Shown piece by piece: positions 60,701-64,000 of a stretch of 64,000 bases of DNA. Each line of letters starts with the position of its first letter. Positions within the stretch are counted from its first letter, which is position 1. Under the pieces are notes generated by a model. The model was given only the letters and a program-made list of their open reading frames with translations. It ran no database searches and was not told the DNA's origin. A program made the position numbers and the translations under genes. Source of the DNA: Tubiluchus corallicola (Eukaryota; Animalia; Priapulida); contig JAQGDQ010000236.1 of assembly GCA_030141605.1 (NCBI GenBank), positions 248,001 to 312,000 on the forward strand, read 5' to 3'.

Positions 60701-63229
60701 GTCGTAGACATAGAAGACAGCATCGCAGATGAAACAATACGGACAGGTGAAACAGGTAGAAATTTGCTATTTCTCAGGTGAATTCATGAAATTTTTGTTA
60801 ATTGTGTATTTATCTATTTTCTGATTTCTTTTGGCATATTTTTTATTGTGTCTTTTTTTGTAATGTTAAAATAGTGTTAACTATTATTTCTTATTGGCAG
60901 TTGCTACTCAGCTTTAACTTTAAAGAACATTTATGTAATTATCGATGAACCCACATTTATCAAAGTGAACACAAGTTTATCGTGTATTAGCAATTTAAAA
61001 CACGCATTTATCAAGGTCAGTTTTGGCATTGCTTAGGGTAACGAGTGATAAGTATGACACGTACCATTAAAATTATCCCAATGTAAGCAACTTTTATGGT
61101 CATCTGTAGTGTTTGCTAGGCTAGAATTATCGATCTTTCATTGAAATTTGTGATGCTAACAGTGACTTGACTTTCAAGCTGGCATCTTTATTAGGCAGCG
61201 ATTGTTATGTATTTTCAGTGTGTGTGTGTGTGCGGCGCGTGCGTGCGTGTGTGCGAGCGCGTAGGTGGGTGGGTGTGTGTGCGCACATGCGTGTTCATGT
61301 TCGTGTTCATGCGTGCATGCATATGTTAAATCATCGAACTTAAGCAAAGTGTGATTTTGTAGAAAATTCATTCTGCCGTCTTTTTATTGTGTGTTTAATC
61401 TCACGTTTTGCGTTATAAATTTTCTGCTATTTAAGTCAAGTATGTTTTATTTCAGCTGCAAAAAGTTTAGCTTTGATTTCTGGGCTGGACCCAGATCCCG
61501 CAATCGAAGCAGCTCATTATTATGGGCATGTTGAAGAAGAAGAAATTAGTCAACCAACAGACTGTTTAAGTAAGCCATGATGCAAAAATCTGCTAACCTA
61601 CTATTTGTCTATTCAATTTTCACACTTTTAATTTACATTAAAATTAAACAGCAATGCTGCCCCTCATATCTTCATACTTGTTTTTGGCTTTGTAGCATTT
61701 CCAAGTGCCTCAGCTGAGCCAGATGCAGATGATAATGTTAGCATGACAGGAGATGGTGCATCTAGTCTGGAATTCCAGAACAGAGATTATGTTGCCGCTT
61801 ACGTTCTGAGTACTGCTGCGGTAACAGTGAGCGATGATGCAGAACTAGACGTAGAACATCGTCCAGTCAGACGAAATATTAAACATGAACACATGGTCAA
61901 AGAAATCACCAGTGAATGTCATGAGAGAGCTACAAATGATGGTTCTGTAAAAGGTATTGCTTACATGAATTTGTGAGCAATTAAATGTTCACTTGCTAAG
62001 CTTGTAAAGAGAAATATGGAGCTTATTTTCCTTGTTCTTGTGCTTTTTTTTGCATTAATCTGCTTGGTTATGGACAAAAATGAAATTTTGGGTTGTAGCT
62101 TGTATTAGAAAACTCCACTATGTGCTGTTATAGTGCTGTATATCGTGATCAATATTTGATCTATAAAGACATTTGTTTCAAAAAAATCTCTGCCCGTTTT
62201 TTGCTGTTTAGCAGTGGTAGAAGTTTTGTGTTAATAGTTAAAACGCATACAGTCTAGCCTCGTTATCTCGCCCATTGTTATGCCGCCAAACTCGTCTCTC
62301 GCCATAGAAAGTACCAGGACGGATTTCCTGCTTTGATATTTACCTCGTTAAGTCGCCACCCTCGCTTCTCGCCCTCGCCACGTCATGCTAGGATGAGTGC
62401 TTATCTAAAGTATATTCGTTATGTCGCCAAACAGACAAACTCAGAGGTGAATCGATCAACACATATACCGCGTGTCGATCAATATAACCGCGGTATGTAG
62501 ACAATGCTGCTGTACTCGATAGACAGACATAATTAATCTAGTGTGTGTCTCACCAGGATTAGATTAGGAGTGCTGTGGTTGGTTAATGCACAGAGAAACT
62601 AAAGCGTCACCGATATCCTTACTCTATAACACACAAAGTATATTATGTATATACATATAGGCTAACTTCGTTATATTCCCGTTATCTCGCCATACTCGCC
62701 TCTCGCCAAAAATTTGCCCTAGACGGACAGTGGCGAGATAACGAGACTAGACTCACAGTGCAATCAAGATTTCTCACATATTTCTTTCGTGAAATGAACT
62801 CAACAATTATGTGACTGAATCTTGGAAGCAACTGGACTGTACAATGATGGTTAGTAAAGTGCACCGATTAATGTTTTGTTTAGGAGCAAACAGTTGCTAT
62901 TGATATTTGTTCCTAAACTGAATGAAAACCGTTTATTTCACGAAGTTACAATAAAACTTGTTGATTTCTTAACTTGATATTAATATAAATCACAAATTAT
63001 ATCATGCATGTTTAACTGTATAAAATATATTATTCGTGTTATATTGAATTATCATGAATATAATTTATTTTAATAGAAAAATTGCAGATGAGTTGTCTTT
63101 CCGTAGGAAGAAGACGAAGACCTGACGTTGCCTTGCTTACAGAAGGCAACAAAATGATGGAGGGGCAGGGATGGTCTTCCACGTTTGATTTGCATCCTGA
63201 AACTGAGAGATCACCTAGTTTACTTGAAA
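51712..63229 (+). CDS. PLEKHM1: PLEKHM1-like RUN-domain protein (3' part continues beyond the right edge)
   Basis: Exons 51712-51736 (putative first), 52904-53027, 55090-55210, 55798-55893, 57029-57108, 58388-58458, 59852-59965, 60633-60746/60755, 61456-61569, 61696-61953, 63077-63229. RUN-domain peptides GDAANAVCSTLEATFIHGL, FWGCVSAFTHKDV, INTEIGYCRVWIRMAVNDGLIDSY and YNSSILNQWTATPLSLAG resemble the PLEKHM1 N-terminus. Confidence 0.85.
52290..52582 (-). mobile_element. CR1-like LINE 3' fragment
   Basis: Minus strand LGL..MRYRQVRDDMIEVHKFI...FFSLTVVDHWNNLPENVVS, typical of a CR1 ORF2 C-terminus. Confidence 0.7.
54145..54250 (+). mobile_element. Degenerate tRNA-derived SINE head
   Basis: A box TAGTGGTTAAGG and B box GGTTCAAGTCC without a complete cloverleaf. 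A similar remnant lies at about 53485-53560. Confidence 0.45.
58130..58300 (+). repeat. Dispersed repeat shared with about 270-420
   Basis: TGAGAA.ATC.CTGTTAAAGTTA.CCA.TG...AAAACACTTAG.AACCGCAC..TGTTGGTTGCTA.GGACTTTGCAA occurs at both loci. Confidence 0.7.
60082..60463. mobile_element. MITE with AATAA(G/A)CCTTTTC TIRs, copy 2
   Basis: Reverse-complement match to 12152-12538, for example GTAGAGTGATTTACTAGCAGGATCTTGCTT and AAAACTGTTACTATTACAACAGCATGGGCTGC. Confidence 0.7.
62250..62753 (+). mobile_element. pogo/Tigger-type MITE, copy 2
   Basis: Near-identical to 15750-16441 at both ends with a different, shorter middle. The terminal G and the right-hand TA are missing. Confidence 0.85.
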
Positions 63230-64000
63230 GTATACATTTGAATCATTTCTGAAAATTGCTACTGTTATACAAAATAGGGAAGCATTTACTCATTTTATTG
63301 CAACACACATATAGCTAACAGAGAAAAAAATAACGAATCATAACAGATCGACAAAACTCTTGCTAACTGTCTGTTGTTGTTACTACTGTGTTATAAGTAG
63401 ACCTTTTCTCTTGTTATCTTTGCTATCTCGCATTTTTTATGTTAATCACTGATCTCGTTGCTACTTTAAAACTTAAAAAATGTAATATCTAGTGATCTTC
63501 TGCACTATTTTATTCTTCAGTGTGGGATCAATTAAACTTACAACAAGGCTGTTTATTTAGGAATGCAACCTTGTTTGCAGCTCTTGCACCTTGTTAGAAT
63601 CTGCTAAGTGATGTCAAATCTGTTCACCAATAAAATTTGAGAAATTGTTATTTTTTGGACGTTTTTATTAACTATTTTTACACATTATCGATTACTGATC
63701 ACGACCTGATTGGATGTTTTTACCTGTTGTCGACTCGACAGCTCTTTCCTTATTGGCACATGTTTAACTAAAGCTTGAAAAGCTTGATAACTGCTTGAAA
63801 AAGTATTGACAGATAATGTTTGAAAAGCGTATAAATTTAGTTTAAATGTCAGACTGTTGCACAGCGTTGACTGGCCTGGGAGCTATCTTGGGAAACATTG
63901 TATAAATAGCTTCAAGTTTCATATTTTTTTGGTAATACAGCAAGCAGGTTCTGTTTTGCAAGAAGTAGCATTTAAAATCATCCAGAGCTTGTGGCTAGTG

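Overview
AT-rich, intron-rich animal genomic DNA. The 5S-like sequence and TTAGGG-type repeats suggest a non-arthropod, non-nematode invertebrate, possibly lophotrochozoan (inference). Four spliced genes were rebuilt by hand with phase-consistent exons: CEP120 (minus, runs off the left edge), head-to-head with casein kinase 1 gamma (plus, complete, 450 aa), which is convergent with DCAF12 (minus), which is divergent from a PLEKHM1-like RUN-domain gene (plus, runs off the right edge). The introns carry many small mobile elements: two copies of a 5S rRNA-headed SINE; an internally deleted RTE with a twister-ribozyme core at its 5' end, inserted exactly at a putative DCAF12 splice donor; a TIR element carrying telomere-like repeats; Kolobok-, pogo/Tigger-, hAT- and Harbinger-like MITEs; a mini-Helitron; a solo LTR; decayed CR1/L2 and RTE LINEs; and several mini- and microsatellites. 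No database search was run. Family assignments come from motifs read by eye and from recalled sequences.
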